A stretch of DNA of 64,000 nt, taken from Cenococcum geophilum (lineage: Eukaryota). The stretch is taken from assembly GCA_050273025.1 (NCBI GenBank), contig CP158635.1, forward strand, positions 14,260,001-14,324,000, in the 5' to 3' direction. Under the pieces are notes generated by a model. That model made no database searches and had not been told where the DNA came from. It saw nothing but the letters and a program-made list of their open reading frames with translations. A program made the translations under genes and the position numbers. Below, piece by piece: positions 1 through 12,159 of the stretch; position 1 is the first letter of the stretch; every line of letters starts with the position of its first letter.

Positions 1-3000
1 CTAGTTAGTAAGTAGTATCTTAAGGCGTTTTCTATATAGCAGTTTCTTATTAATAGGTTCTAGTAGTTCTATACCGGATTAGGGGTAATATTCCTTATTT
101 ACAAAAAATAAGGTAAGTCCTATAGTAGTTAAGACGTAGTTATTCGCTACAAATTTACCTAGTAGGAGGTAATCCACCTAGTTATCTTAACTATAGGCGA
201 CTACCTATTATAGGTACGCTTTTATACTAGCATTAGCGTTTTCTAGTTGCCTAGTAGTTTTATAGTAAAAGAATATAGACATCTTAACGGAGATGCTAAG
301 GCGTTAGCAGATTCGTCTTTATATATTAGAGCCGAACTATATACCTTAGTCGGACGTAATTAAGTTAGGTAACCTATATAATTAGTAGATTTCGCAGAGG
401 AAGGCGTTAGTAACGTTAGTAACAGCTACGCCTTTAGTTAGGACGTAGTGGCGCTCTTTTATAAGTTGGTATATTATTATAAGAATATTCTTATAGGTAC
501 AGCCATGTCGCTTATAGGGTGGTAGGTTAATAATAAAATCTATAGCAATATCTGCCTATCGTTGTATAGGTACTAGTAGAGGGTGTAGTAGTCCTTAGTA
601 CTTTATATTAAAGGCCTTAGCGCGCTTACAACTATAGCAGGCGCCTATAAAGCGTTTAACTAAGTCTATTATTTTAGGCTAGAAGTAGTATCGGCTAAGA
701 AGCTTATAGGTTCCTCCCCTACCTAGGTGGCCGCTTAATTAGAGGTTATAGGCCATTTAGATTAGTTACTGTTATAGATTTTCTAAGTTAGGGATAAATA
801 GACGGCCTTTATAATAGAGCCTATTCTCTTTTACTTCTAAGGCTGCTATATTAATCTAGCCTAAGCTTTAGAGTTTAGTCGGTAGCGTATAGGCGCTAAT
901 AGTCTTTGCGGCAATAAGTTAATATAATAATAGGTTAATAGAGGTGTTATATGCCGTGGTAATAAGCTTATTAATTTTAGGAGGTAATTCTAGTTCTATA
1001 GTATAGAGCTAAGGTATAGTTAGCTCTATTATAGGTAGTATACCTAGGGCTAAATTCTATGCTTTTAGGATTGTCTATTATTAAAACTGGTTATAAGGGT
1101 TATCTTTAGACTAAGGAAGGTCTTATAAGCGGCGTATTAGGCTATTAGGCTTAGTACCTTATACTCTTAGCCTATATGCAATTTTAAAGTTAAAACTAGA
1201 GAGGAACTTATTCTAGCGTACTTAGCGTTAGTTTAGCTGTTTTATAGTTATAAAGTACTTAAGGTTACGATAATCTGTAAGGACTTTAGTTAGCTAGTTA
1301 GGTTTTGTTAAGAAGAGTTCTAGTTAGAATTCCTTAAACGCTTATATAATCGCGAGAAGTTCCTTATTATAGATCTTGTAGTTATATTCTTATAGTATAA
1401 GCTTAGACAAATAGAATACGACTAAGTAGAGGAGACTGTTATTACCTATTTAGGAAAGGACGCCTACGTTAACGTGGTCTAAGGAGTTAGTTTTAAAATA
1501 GAGTTATTGTCCTGGTATAAAGTGAGCTAGGATAGATGCTTTGGTAAAAGCATTTTTAAGGTCTTAAAACGCCTTCTTGTATTTAGGCGTTTAGATAAAA
1601 TATAGATATGTTTTTCTTCCTTTTACAGAAAGGCCCTTTATTCGCATTATTGCTATAAGTGGTACTATAACACCTAAGAAGTTATATATAAATTTTTAAT
1701 AGAAGTTAGCGAAACCAAGGAAAGCTTATACGTCTTTAATATAGTTAGGGGTTTGCTATTTAGTAATTATATGTACCTTCTTAGGGTCCATACGGACACC
1801 CTTAATAGTGATAATTAGTTTAAGGTATTTTACTTCTATAACTGAGAATTCGCACTTCTTTAAATTAATATAAAGTCCTACATCCCTAAGGCGCTGTAGG
1901 ACCTTTTAAACGTGCTTAGTATACTTAGAAGGGTTATTGTTATAAATAAGTATATCGTCTAGGTACGTAGAGCAGAAGTCGTTAAGGTAGTCCCATAAGG
2001 TATTATTAATATAGCTTTAGAAGCTGCCTGGGCCGTTATATATACTAAAGGGCATAATAGTATATTTAAATTGGCTAAAGCGTAATATAAATACGGTTTT
2101 CTATTCGTTACCTTCTCGTATTTAAAGGCGGTTAAAGGCGGCGATAATATTAAGCTTGGTATAGATTTTAGCTTAGCTAAGCCGCTTAAGAGTTTTATAT
2201 ATAAGCAGTATAGGGTATTAGTTCTTAATTATAATAGCGTTAAGTCCTTTATAGTTAATATAGAATTAAATACCTCCTTTTAGCTTCTTAGTAAGGAGAA
2301 TAGGGGCGGCTGTTAGGGATATGCTGGGGTAAATAAACCCTTTATTAAGGTGCTCGTTAATATACTTTTTAATAACTAGAAGTTTGTTTTTTAACATTAG
2401 GTAGGGTCTTTTATAGGGTAGCGTTTTTCCTTATTTAATATTAATAGTATAGTTATTAGGTTAATATAGGGGGAGTATATCTACGCTCTTTTATAAGTAT
2501 ACGTTAATAAAGTTATAGTACCTCTTAGGGAGGAGCTTATAGAGTTCCTTATTAGTAAGTCCTTTTTTAAGCTTTATAAACTTCTTAAAGTCTAAAGGTA
2601 AAAGTCTATAGAGTTTTACGGGGGCATTGTTTTCTAGGAGGTTAACTATATCTATTCTATTACTATAGAGGACGTAGTCCTATTCTTTATTAAGCTTATA
2701 TAGTTATAATTAGGAGGCTACGGTAACGGTCTAGCCTTTCCTATATGCTATACGGTAAAAGGCCGCGGCACTTATATAGTAGTAGTTAGTTATAGGTAGA
2801 GTAATAAGGGGTTTCTTAGGTTAGTATCCTAGGGAGTAGATAAAGGCGGCTAGGCTATGTCCTAGGTAGGTCTCTCTATAGTATTTAGAGTTAAAGGTTA
2901 CTTCTCTCTTTTTCTAGTTAATGGTGGGGTTATATTATTTGAGCTAGTTTATTTTAAGGATAATAGGGTAGTTAGCAAGTGGTATAATATAGGCCTAGAG

Positions 3001-4381
3001 TTCTTTCTAGTGCCTATTTATATCTAGGTAGAGTTATGCTATATGGGTAATCTTCTATATAGTATAACTACTGTTAGCGAGTTATAGGGCGTGGGCTTTG
3101 GTAAGGGGTAAGGTAGGTAGGTTATAAGTATACATAAATTAGGTATCTATAAATTTATTAGTAGCTTCGCAATTAATTATAGAACGGCTTTTATATTATT
3201 TTTTAGCAGTAGTTCCTATTATGGGTAAAACTATCTATTTCTATTTATTTATCTTTACTAAGTTATCTATTAAGTAGGCTAATATGTAGATCCCCTTATT
3301 ATTAGGGTATCCTAACCTATAACTTAGGGCTAGGACTTAGTGTTTTCCGTTTCCGTATCTAACTCTACTACTATTACTACGTTTTTGTTTTGTACGGTAG
3401 TAGTATATAGCGACGTATTTAGTATTTAAGGTACTAGGTTAGGTATTAAGCAGCAGCTGCTAAACCTAGCTATTAGGCAGTTTAGGCTATAGCTATAATA
3501 GCCTTCTTAACAATATCTATAGCAACGCTTTAGCTTTTAAAGTAGCTCGCGTTCTCCGTCTAGTAGCTTTTATAGGAAGGTTAGTATAAAAAGGTTAATA
3601 TTAGGACTAGTAGTGTTGCTTAGGGTAGTAGGTGTTAGTAGTTTAGTAGGTCCGGAGGGCTTCTATAGAAAGGTCTTTGGGTAGGGGTTTACAGTAGCAA
3701 TCTAATTTAGTTGTCATTTAATTTTCTATATAGCTGCTACTATATTATAAACATTATTGTAGTTATAGCTGGCGGCTGCGTAACTAAGGCAATAAGTGAC
3801 TTTTTTAAGGAGATTTTCCTAGTCTTTAATATCGTCTTAGGTAAGGGCTCTAGTGTATTCCTAGAATTTAATATAGAACTTATTAAATAATTTAGTAGGG
3901 CTTATCTTTAGGGTATATAGTTTAGCTTGGTTAGTAGCTAGTAGGTTATAGTTGCGGTATATTAAGTTAAGATTATTAAGGACTTCTTAGTAGGACTGCT
4001 ACTTTTAGGGGCTATTAGTCTTCTATTAGGCGAAGAGTCTATTAAATAGTATACCCTTTATTTGCCTAATAATGTAGCCAATTTTAGTATCTTCTATAGG
4101 AAAAAGGCAGGCGCTCTAAGTTAGTTTCTTACGGATTTGCATTTTCTAGTAGCTATATTCTTTACAGTCTTTTTAGAAAACTAGGGGATTAGGGTAATAT
4201 ATATTAGACCCTACGGTAGCAGCTTAGGTTTAGTTATTATAGCTTTTATTATCGCTTTAGTAGGGGTTTCTATTAGGTAAGGCTGCTTAGCGCTAACCCT
4301 CTATTAAGTATTAAGTAGGTAAAGTTGCCAGGGGCGTAGAGACTTAAGTAGCGTTATATATAGTAGAGAGGTGTCTAGTAT
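1..4381 (-). mobile_element. RIP-degraded Ty3/gypsy LTR retrotransposon internal region (gag-PR-RT-RH-IN), truncated by the window's left edge
   Basis: Minus-strand remnants: RT 'MPF..NGPGSF..YINNTLWDYL..FCSTYLDDILIY' (YLDD at 1954-1965) and integrase 'Y*GLLHPLLVPIQR*ADIAI' (~541-600) downstream of RT, which is gypsy order. Many TAA/TAG stops and TpA excess. Confidence 0.88.
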
Positions 4382-5037
4382 TATTACGAATGTACTCATT
4401 AAGCTAAGATTATAGGTATTTAATTATGCCTTCTCTTTTAGTAACCGTAGTAATAAGTATAATCTTAGCCTTCTTTAACTGTTAGACGTCGCGTTTAAAT
4501 ACATAAAGGTCATCTTTGGTTTCTTAACGCGTATTATTGGCGAGCGCCTTACAAGCTTATAGGTCTTAGATAATATCGCAATCTTAGGTAGTACGCATCT
4601 CAGCTTATATAAGCTTTAGGTAGTAGTTCTATAGAAGGCGGTAGTATTTATTAGGTTTTTATGCTACTATTTTTATAAACGTTTTAGCGTCTTATATTTT
4701 AATTTTAATAAGTAGTAGCCCTTCCGCTTGCTTGTCCGTAGTTATATAGTTAATAAAAGATAAGATATTATTAGTGTCTATCTCCTTAGGGGTTAAGGCT
4801 AGGGCTAATAAATCAAATTCTCCTAGGATTGATTGGCATTGTAGGTTAAGTATAGGTATTGGATTGTTCTTTAGGTTTAATATAGTAGCTAGTAAGAAAT
4901 ATCGTCTTACTATTATAGGTTCCTTAGAAGTATAAAGTGAGGTAACTTATAGGCACGCTGCTTTTAGTAGCGCCTATAGTATTATAGAGATATAGAATTG
5001 GTTATAGGCTAGGTGTTAGTAGTAAAAAGGCGTAACA
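4382..5037. repeat. Possible LTR (5' LTR of the left gypsy, or a nested solo LTR)
   Basis: Bounded by TATTACG (RIP'd TGTTACG) and CGTAACA inverted termini. The partner LTR and a TSD are not visible in the window. Confidence 0.35.
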
Positions 5038-5040
5038 TAA

Positions 5041-5233
5041 TGTCACGGGACGGGGGTAGTGGCTATAAGACGTATGTATTTAAGGAGTCTACAAGACGTT
5101 ACGCGATTAATTATAAGGGTCGAGGGCGTAAGGAGGTAATATACCTACGCGTAGCTGACATAAGCTATACGCGAGGTATACGCAAGAGCACGGGGCTCTC
5201 CTATAGAGGCCCCTACGGTAGGGTTCCGTGACA
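5041..5233. repeat. 193-bp LTR (solo, or terminal LTR of a gypsy extending left)
   Basis: Perfect 8-bp inverted termini TGTCACGG...CCGTGACA. hAT transposase sequence starts immediately after it. No clean 5-bp TSD (cataa vs agtaa). Confidence 0.7.
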
Positions 5234-5310
5234 AGTAAGAACTAAGCTATAGCCTTCCTTCTTACTACTAAGAGCTATAGGATTTTTAATAAAATTAGCT
5301 ATATATATAG

Positions 5311-5581
5311 TGTATAATTACAGCACCTGTCGTACCAACCGCGTGCTTACGCGCTCGGTACGCCGAGTACGCGTTTACGCGTTTGGTGCACCAACCACCC
5401 ACTTACGCGTCTGGTGCACTTCTGAAGCACTGACTAATTAGGGGGGAGGCGCATTAGTATATAGACTACGTAGTCTGCTTTATACAATTAACAGTTACCA
5501 CCATCTAAATAAGCATACGATACTATACGTATTTCGTGCCCCTAGACACAACTCACTTGTACCATTAAATTGGTATAAACA
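5311..5581 (+). repeat. Copia 5' LTR
   Basis: Direct repeat of 11310-11580; the differences I checked are C>T/G>A transitions. Confidence 0.95.
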
Positions 5582-6578
5582 CTGATTAGTAAGCGCGCAT
5601 AGATCAGCAATCACTCGACACCTTCCCCCGAGTGATACTCAACAGCAACCACCCGTTCATATCCTAGTACAACCTGCTGGAAGGTCGGAAGTTGGGGATT
5701 ACGGACCTATTACCAACTCTATATACTTATTTAAGTCTTAGTACGGTTTACCGGAAGTATAATAAACGCGAATACAGACCTGTATAGGAACCCCCTACCC
5801 TCGAACCTCAAACCCTTATCCTTACTACACCTCCCCCAGACCCCTTACGGAGACCCCTTACCCTTCTATAAACCGCTATGGACCCGTTAATTACCTTTAC
5901 GGACCATTACAAGCCCTTATAGAAACCCCCTACCCTCCTGCAAACCCTTACGGACCTATCATCCGCCTTTACGGACTATTATAAGACCCTTCTACCCGCT
6001 ACGTATAATACTATATAGTATAGCAGATATCAGCAAGCAAGTTAGTAAAGGTTAAAAGAAGTGGAGTTAAGGAGTCAACCTTACGTCTACGAACGACGTT
6101 AACAACTATATTTAATTCAAACTCCTTAAATACGGATACTTTAAGCCTATAAATAATAACATGTGGGAGCAATATAAGGAAGACTTTGCGGACTTTACGG
6201 AAGCTACTTTTAAGGCCTGCAGCCTTATAACCATCCGTAACCTATAAACCCTCCTCCGTAACTACGGTGTATGGGTTAAAAAAGATAAATACGTCACTGT
6301 TGTACGGTCTTTATATAATGCAATATATAAGGAGGACTAAACGGAATGGACTAAGGAAGAAATCCTAGACCAGTTTAATACTACTAAGGAACTCTTTACT
6401 TCTTCTAAACTTAATATAATCGCTAGCCTTATACCTGACCCACTTAACCAAATTCGTCCTACAGACCTAAACGCCTTTAGAATTAATCTTATGGGCTAGA
6501 GTATACCTAGTACTTAAGTTACGGACCGTAATACCCCTATAAACCAAAATACGGACTAAAATACTTCCGCTACTTAAG

Positions 6579-6700
6579 CCACAGATCCGCAAACTACATA
6601 TCCGTAAGCTATAGATCCGCAAGCTATATATCCGCAAGCTATAGATCCGTAAGCCATATATCCGCAAGCTATAGATCTATAAGCTATAGACCCGCAACCT
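6579..6700 (+). repeat. 15-bp tandem repeat (~8 copies) inside copia gag
   Basis: Unit ~CTATAGATCCGCAAG; probable peptide PQAT(D/Y). Confidence 0.8.
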
Positions 6701-9700
6701 ACCTAAGTAAAGACCTATGGCAAGGAACTAGCTAACCTAGCTAAGCTCTATACCGACGAATCTAAGTACAGCGGTGAAAACGATAACTTTAACTTTAAAC
6801 TGACCATTTTTACGGACCTTTGTTAGAAGGCTAATATTCCTAAATAAGAGTTTAGCCAAGCCTACTTTACTATGCTGTGCGGCCTAGTACTTGACCACTA
6901 CTACACTAACCTCAAGAGTAACCCCCTTGGTGTCCCCTTTAATAAGCTATGCGAAGCTACCCGTAACTACTTTAAAGGACCAGAATATAGGCGTGATATT
7001 CTTACCTAATGGAATGCGACCAAGCTACGGACCGTAATTAACAAGAACACCGAAAAATCGACTATAGAGTGTCTGCAAATCCTTATTAAAGACCTCCGGC
7101 ACCTACAGCACGGCCTTAACGCTAAGCTTTAAATAGACGACTTCCTGCACAATAAACTTATTACGGCTTACTAGGAAGTAGAGCCCTGCAAATACGCCTA
7201 TTACAAGCCTGTAGACACCTTAGCTGGCCTTATTAATGACCTACGCTCCTCTATTATAACGTACGAAGTCTTAAACCCACTAAGTAGCACTTAAGCCTTT
7301 GCTATAGATATTTAATATCCGCAAATAGACTCAGAAGCCTATTTTACGGACCGCCGCTACCGCCAGCAGTACCCGTACCGACTAAACCCCACCTATAACC
7401 CCCGCAGTAACCCCCGTATAAAAGCATATCTACACAAATAAACTAGCCAGAAGTGCTTTATGTGCGGTAAAAAAGGATATTGGTCTATAAGGCATACCCA
7501 GGAAGAACGTAATAAGTCTAGGAAGAGACTTAATAACTAGATCAACCAGTTCATTTTAGAATATAAAGAAAAGGAAGTAGAGGAGCCCCCTGACGAGTTA
7601 ATAGAAGCCTTTATAATTAACTTTAACTTAGACGCTTAGGAATAGGAGACCTCAGAGATATTCCTAACTACTTTTAGACCTTTTACGGACAGTTAAGCCT
7701 TTAATACTATAACCGTATTAGCCAACCGCTCCTTTATACACTTAATTACACCCAAAAACTGGCCTGTAAGTACACCCGTTAAACCTATTATAGACGTTAC
7801 GGACCGCGAACAGGACTTATTTGCATATATTACTATAGAACGCTATACCCCTAAAGAATTCTATGGCGTTATAATCGATACAGGTGCCTCTAAGAAGTCT
7901 ACTATAGGTTACGGATAATACCTTATATATAAGACTACCGTAAATAATAATACGGACATTAACACTATGCAAGCTGGGGCCGTAAATATCCAATTTAGCA
8001 TTGGTTCAACCGCATTAATTAGATTAGTCGCAGTTAAGACCCCAATTAGCCTAGTTAACTTCCACATAGTAAAAGCGGACACCCCTTTCTTACTTTACCT
8101 TGCGGACATGGACAGGTTATAGGTTTACTATAACAATATTACGGACACCTTGATCGGCCCCGTAACTACCCTAAAAAGTAAGCATATTACCCTGCTAATT
8201 ATACGACGATTTAGATACCCGTTCCTTATATAGGGAGAGACTTTACGGACCTACATTTAGGAATCTTTTGACTATAACCTGTACTACCTTACCAGTACGG
8301 AGATCCACCGTCTATACCGCCGTTTCGGCCACCTGTTAGCCGAAAAGCTATATAGAGTCCTTGAACGCTTTGGACACGACGATGTTAATAGGAAGGCAGT
8401 TAATTACCTAACCAAATACTGCTCCTTTTGCCAGAAATACGGACGTTCCCTAGGCCGATTTAAGTTCACCCTTTGTGAGGACCTTAACTTTAACCACTTA
8501 GTATACGTAGACATTATATACATTAACGGCAGCCTAGTATTATATATAATTAATAAGGTAACCTACTACTAAGCCGCCCGTTAGTTGTAAAATATATCCG
8601 TAAAATATACTTGGGACATTTTATGGACCTATTAAATTGACACATACCTTAGACCCCCTAAGTATATTACCTACGACGCTAGTAGGAACTTCATCAGTAA
8701 GGAATTCTAATAGTATGCTATGGCCATGGCTATTTTAACAAAAGCCGTTCTAGTTGAGGCGCACTGGTTTGTTAGACTTGTTAAGCAAGCTTACCTAGCT
8801 TTATAAAGAGCTTACCAGATTATTACGGACGAGTGTAAGAATATCTAAAAAGAACTGGCTTTATAGATGGCTGTAAAAGCCGTTAATGATACCGCTGGCC
8901 CTAACGGACTGGTACCTACCCTTTTAGTCTATGGAGCCTACCTAAGGATAAGCAAACTAGACCCTCCTGCCCCGTCTATTATAGATTAAGCAGCTATAAT
9001 ACGGAAGGCAATAGCTAAAATAGTTAAATTACGGGCTAAATAAACTATTAATAACGCTCTGCACCACCGCAACGGACCTAATATAACCCTAGTATATAAC
9101 CTCCCGCTTAACTCTAAAGTCCTTGTATGGCGGGAAAGCGGCAATTAGACTAGACCTTACCGTTTACTAGCCGTAGAAGACGAGACCTACTATATATAGC
9201 TCCCTAGCGGACCGATAAGCTTTAGAAGCACGTCTATAAAACCCTATTTTTGGTCCGAAAACACCTATAACGTCAAGCCAGATGAACTAGAAGTAACCGC
9301 CAAACTAGATGAACTAGAAACGACTGCCAAATTAAATAAACTAGAGGCACTTTTACCTACCCCAGAGGTCCCCCAGAAACCCACTAAACCTACTAAACCT
9401 GCCGTAAAGCGTGGCCGAGAACGCCCCTATAAGAATCCCGTAACGGAGAACTACCTAACCTCCGCAGGCACATCCGTAAAGCAATCTCCGCCTATGGATA
9501 TATCAGTTCTAGTATAGGAAACCCCTTTTACGGACTCACGGCGTAAAGAGATTAATGGACTACTTAAAAAGGGTGTCTTTGCGATTATAATGGAGAGAGA
9601 TATTCCGCAAGGCGTCTATATATTTAACTTACGCTTTGTTAACAAGATTAAGCACCCTAGTATTAATAAAGCCTTTAAGAAATTAAGGCTTATTATATAA

Positions 9701-11309
9701 GCTTATAATAACTAGGGAAAGGACCTAGTCCTTATGCAATCGCCTATAATTTAACGGGTTAGTTAACGGATTATACTTGCACTTACGCCTAGACTACAGC
9801 AAATTAAATCCGTAGCCCTTTACTTACGGGATATCTTATAAGCCTACGTACAGTCTAATATTTACCTAAATAGGGATATCTTTATATGACTACCCTATAA
9901 GCTTAACCTATAACTAGGAATAATTTTATGGGTTGTAAAACCTTTTTACGGAGTACCAGAAGCCGGAAACCATTAGTTTAAGACATACCACCAGCACCAT
10001 ATTAGTAAACTTAAAATGGAACAGTTAACTTACGACCCCTACCTCCTATACAGCCCATTAAACGGCCTTAGTATTGTTAGACTCTAAATAGATAATACCC
10101 TCTTCTTAGTAGACCGGACATTTGCGGACGCTAAAGAGACTAAACTATAAGAAGCTAAGTTCCTGGTAAAGCTATAAGAGTAGTTAACTAAGTAGACTCT
10201 AATTAAGTTTAACGGAGGCTTAATTATATAAAAGGGCAACTTAATCTAGCTAACCCAGAAACGCCAAGCTTAAAACCTAAAGCTTGTTATAGCAAAGCCT
10301 ATAAACCTTACTAGTTCCCGCGGAGAGACCTATAAGACCGTAAATATAAAGGACTAATACGCTACATAGCGTGCAAGAGGCGCCTATATTGCTATAGTCT
10401 ACCAACCCAAATCTGCCTATAACTTGTCCTTTGCGGCCCAGGTAGTAGATCTATAAGAAGAAAATATTAAGTAGCTTAATAAGTGTATTTAGTGGCAAAT
10501 TAACAATACAGCAAGGGGACTTACTTTCGTACCACTAGACCTAAGTTCCCTTAGCTTACTGGCATTTATAGACGCCTCCTTTGCTAATAATAAAGACCTG
10601 TTATTATAAATTGGCTTTATAATTATACTTACGGACCGTAATTAGGACGTAAATATACTGTATTAGTCTTTAATTAAGTATAAACGAGTAACCCGTAGTA
10701 TACTAGCTTCTAAACTATATGTACTAGCTTATAGATTTAATATAGCAGCCGCAATTAAATTAACGGTTTAGAAGATTCTATAACTGGAGCAGTTACCCCT
10801 GGTTTTATGCACTAATTTAAAGTCCCTTTACGACTGCCTAGTTAAACTAGGTATAATATAAGAGAAGAGGCTTATGGTCGACCTAATATGCTTATATTAG
10901 GCCTATAAACGACGTGAGATTACGGAGGTTAAATGGATTAGTAGCGGAGACAACCTAGTAGACGCCATGACTAAGGCAAAGCCGTGTTAAGCTCTTAAAA
11001 CCCTAATTAACACGAATAAGCTTAACCTAAAGGTTATAAAATGGGTAGAGCGAGACTAACGGAGTATTTACGGTTTAGCCACGGCCCATCGGAAGGCCGT
11101 ATGGTGCATTTACGGCCCGTCAAAAGGCCGTATAGTTCATTTTACGGACCGTAAGTAGGACTTACGGCCAGCTTAGAGCACCATTTGGAAGGCAACCCAG
11201 AAGGCACCTTAGAAGGGATTTCCTATATATTTTCTTATGTGTTTTATGGTTTTATTAAGACAATTACGGAGGCTATATATAAGTGGTTTCATTTTCTAAG
11301 TACCGCTAG

Positions 11310-11580
11310 TGTATAATTATAGCACCTGTTATACCAACCGCGTGCTTACGCGCTCGGTACGCCGAGTACGCGTTTACGCGTTTAGTATACTAACCACCCG
11401 CTTACGCGTCTAGTGCACTTCTAAAGCACTAACTAATTAGGGGGGAGGCGCATTAGTATATAGACTACGTAGTCTGCTTTATATAATCGATAGTCACCAC
11501 CGTCTAAATGAGCATACGATACTATACGTATTTCGTGCCCCTAGACACAACTCACTTGTACCATTAAATTGGTACAAACA
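11310..11580 (+). repeat. Copia 3' LTR
   Basis: Direct repeat of 5311-5581, followed by TSD TATAG. Confidence 0.95.
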
Positions 11581-12159
11581 TATAGCAATAATCACGGCTT
11601 AAATAATAAGATATATCGCTTTATATCTACGGGCCTTTAGGTAAAAGAATACCCTTACTAGGACCTAGTTTACTATTAAATTAGATATAGCGGCTATATT
11701 ATTAACCTTACCCTCTAAGCCTTCCTCTACCTTAAAGATAGAGACGCGATTAATAAAGCCCTTTAGTAAGTTTAGCTTAATAAGAATTTAATAATTAATA
11801 AAAAGCTTATATAAAGGATAAAGGAAGTAAAGGCCGTAGGCTAGAGAGAGATTAGTATACTTAGCAAAGTTTATAACCTTATTATATATATTTAGGTATT
11901 AGAAGCTTACTATAATAAGTTTAAAACCTTAGCCGGGCAATCAGTTCCTTTAAATAATAATACTTAATAAAACTTATAGTTTACTATACTTAACATTATT
12001 AAAAATAAGTAAGTTTAAACGGTAATTAATATATACTCTTAAAGCTAGTATAAGGAAGTAAAAGATAACTACCTTATACTAGAGAATTAGAATATTATTA
12101 ATAATACATATACCTTCTTAAAGCCGTTTTATAAGATTATAATAATAAACTAAGGTAAT

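Larger units (their letters stand above)
5311..11580 (+). mobile_element. Full-length RIP-inactivated Ty1/copia retrotransposon, probably GalEa clade
   Basis: 271-bp LTRs 5311-5581 and 11310-11580 (TG...CA), TSD TATAG on both sides. Domain order: PR (IIDTGA ~7871), IN (.RRFGH ~8315), RT (de-RIPed GLQTDDT ~10080), RH (DASFANN ~10571, DAMTK ~10961). ACTGATTAGT (de-RIPed palindrome ACTGATCAGT) sits at the PBS position. Confidence 0.95.

Noticed and set aside
5013..6667. Short ORFs 5013-5231 and 6467-6667 (and similar ones in RIPed blocks)
   Set aside because: Chance frames across an LTR, or antisense to a 15-bp repeat.
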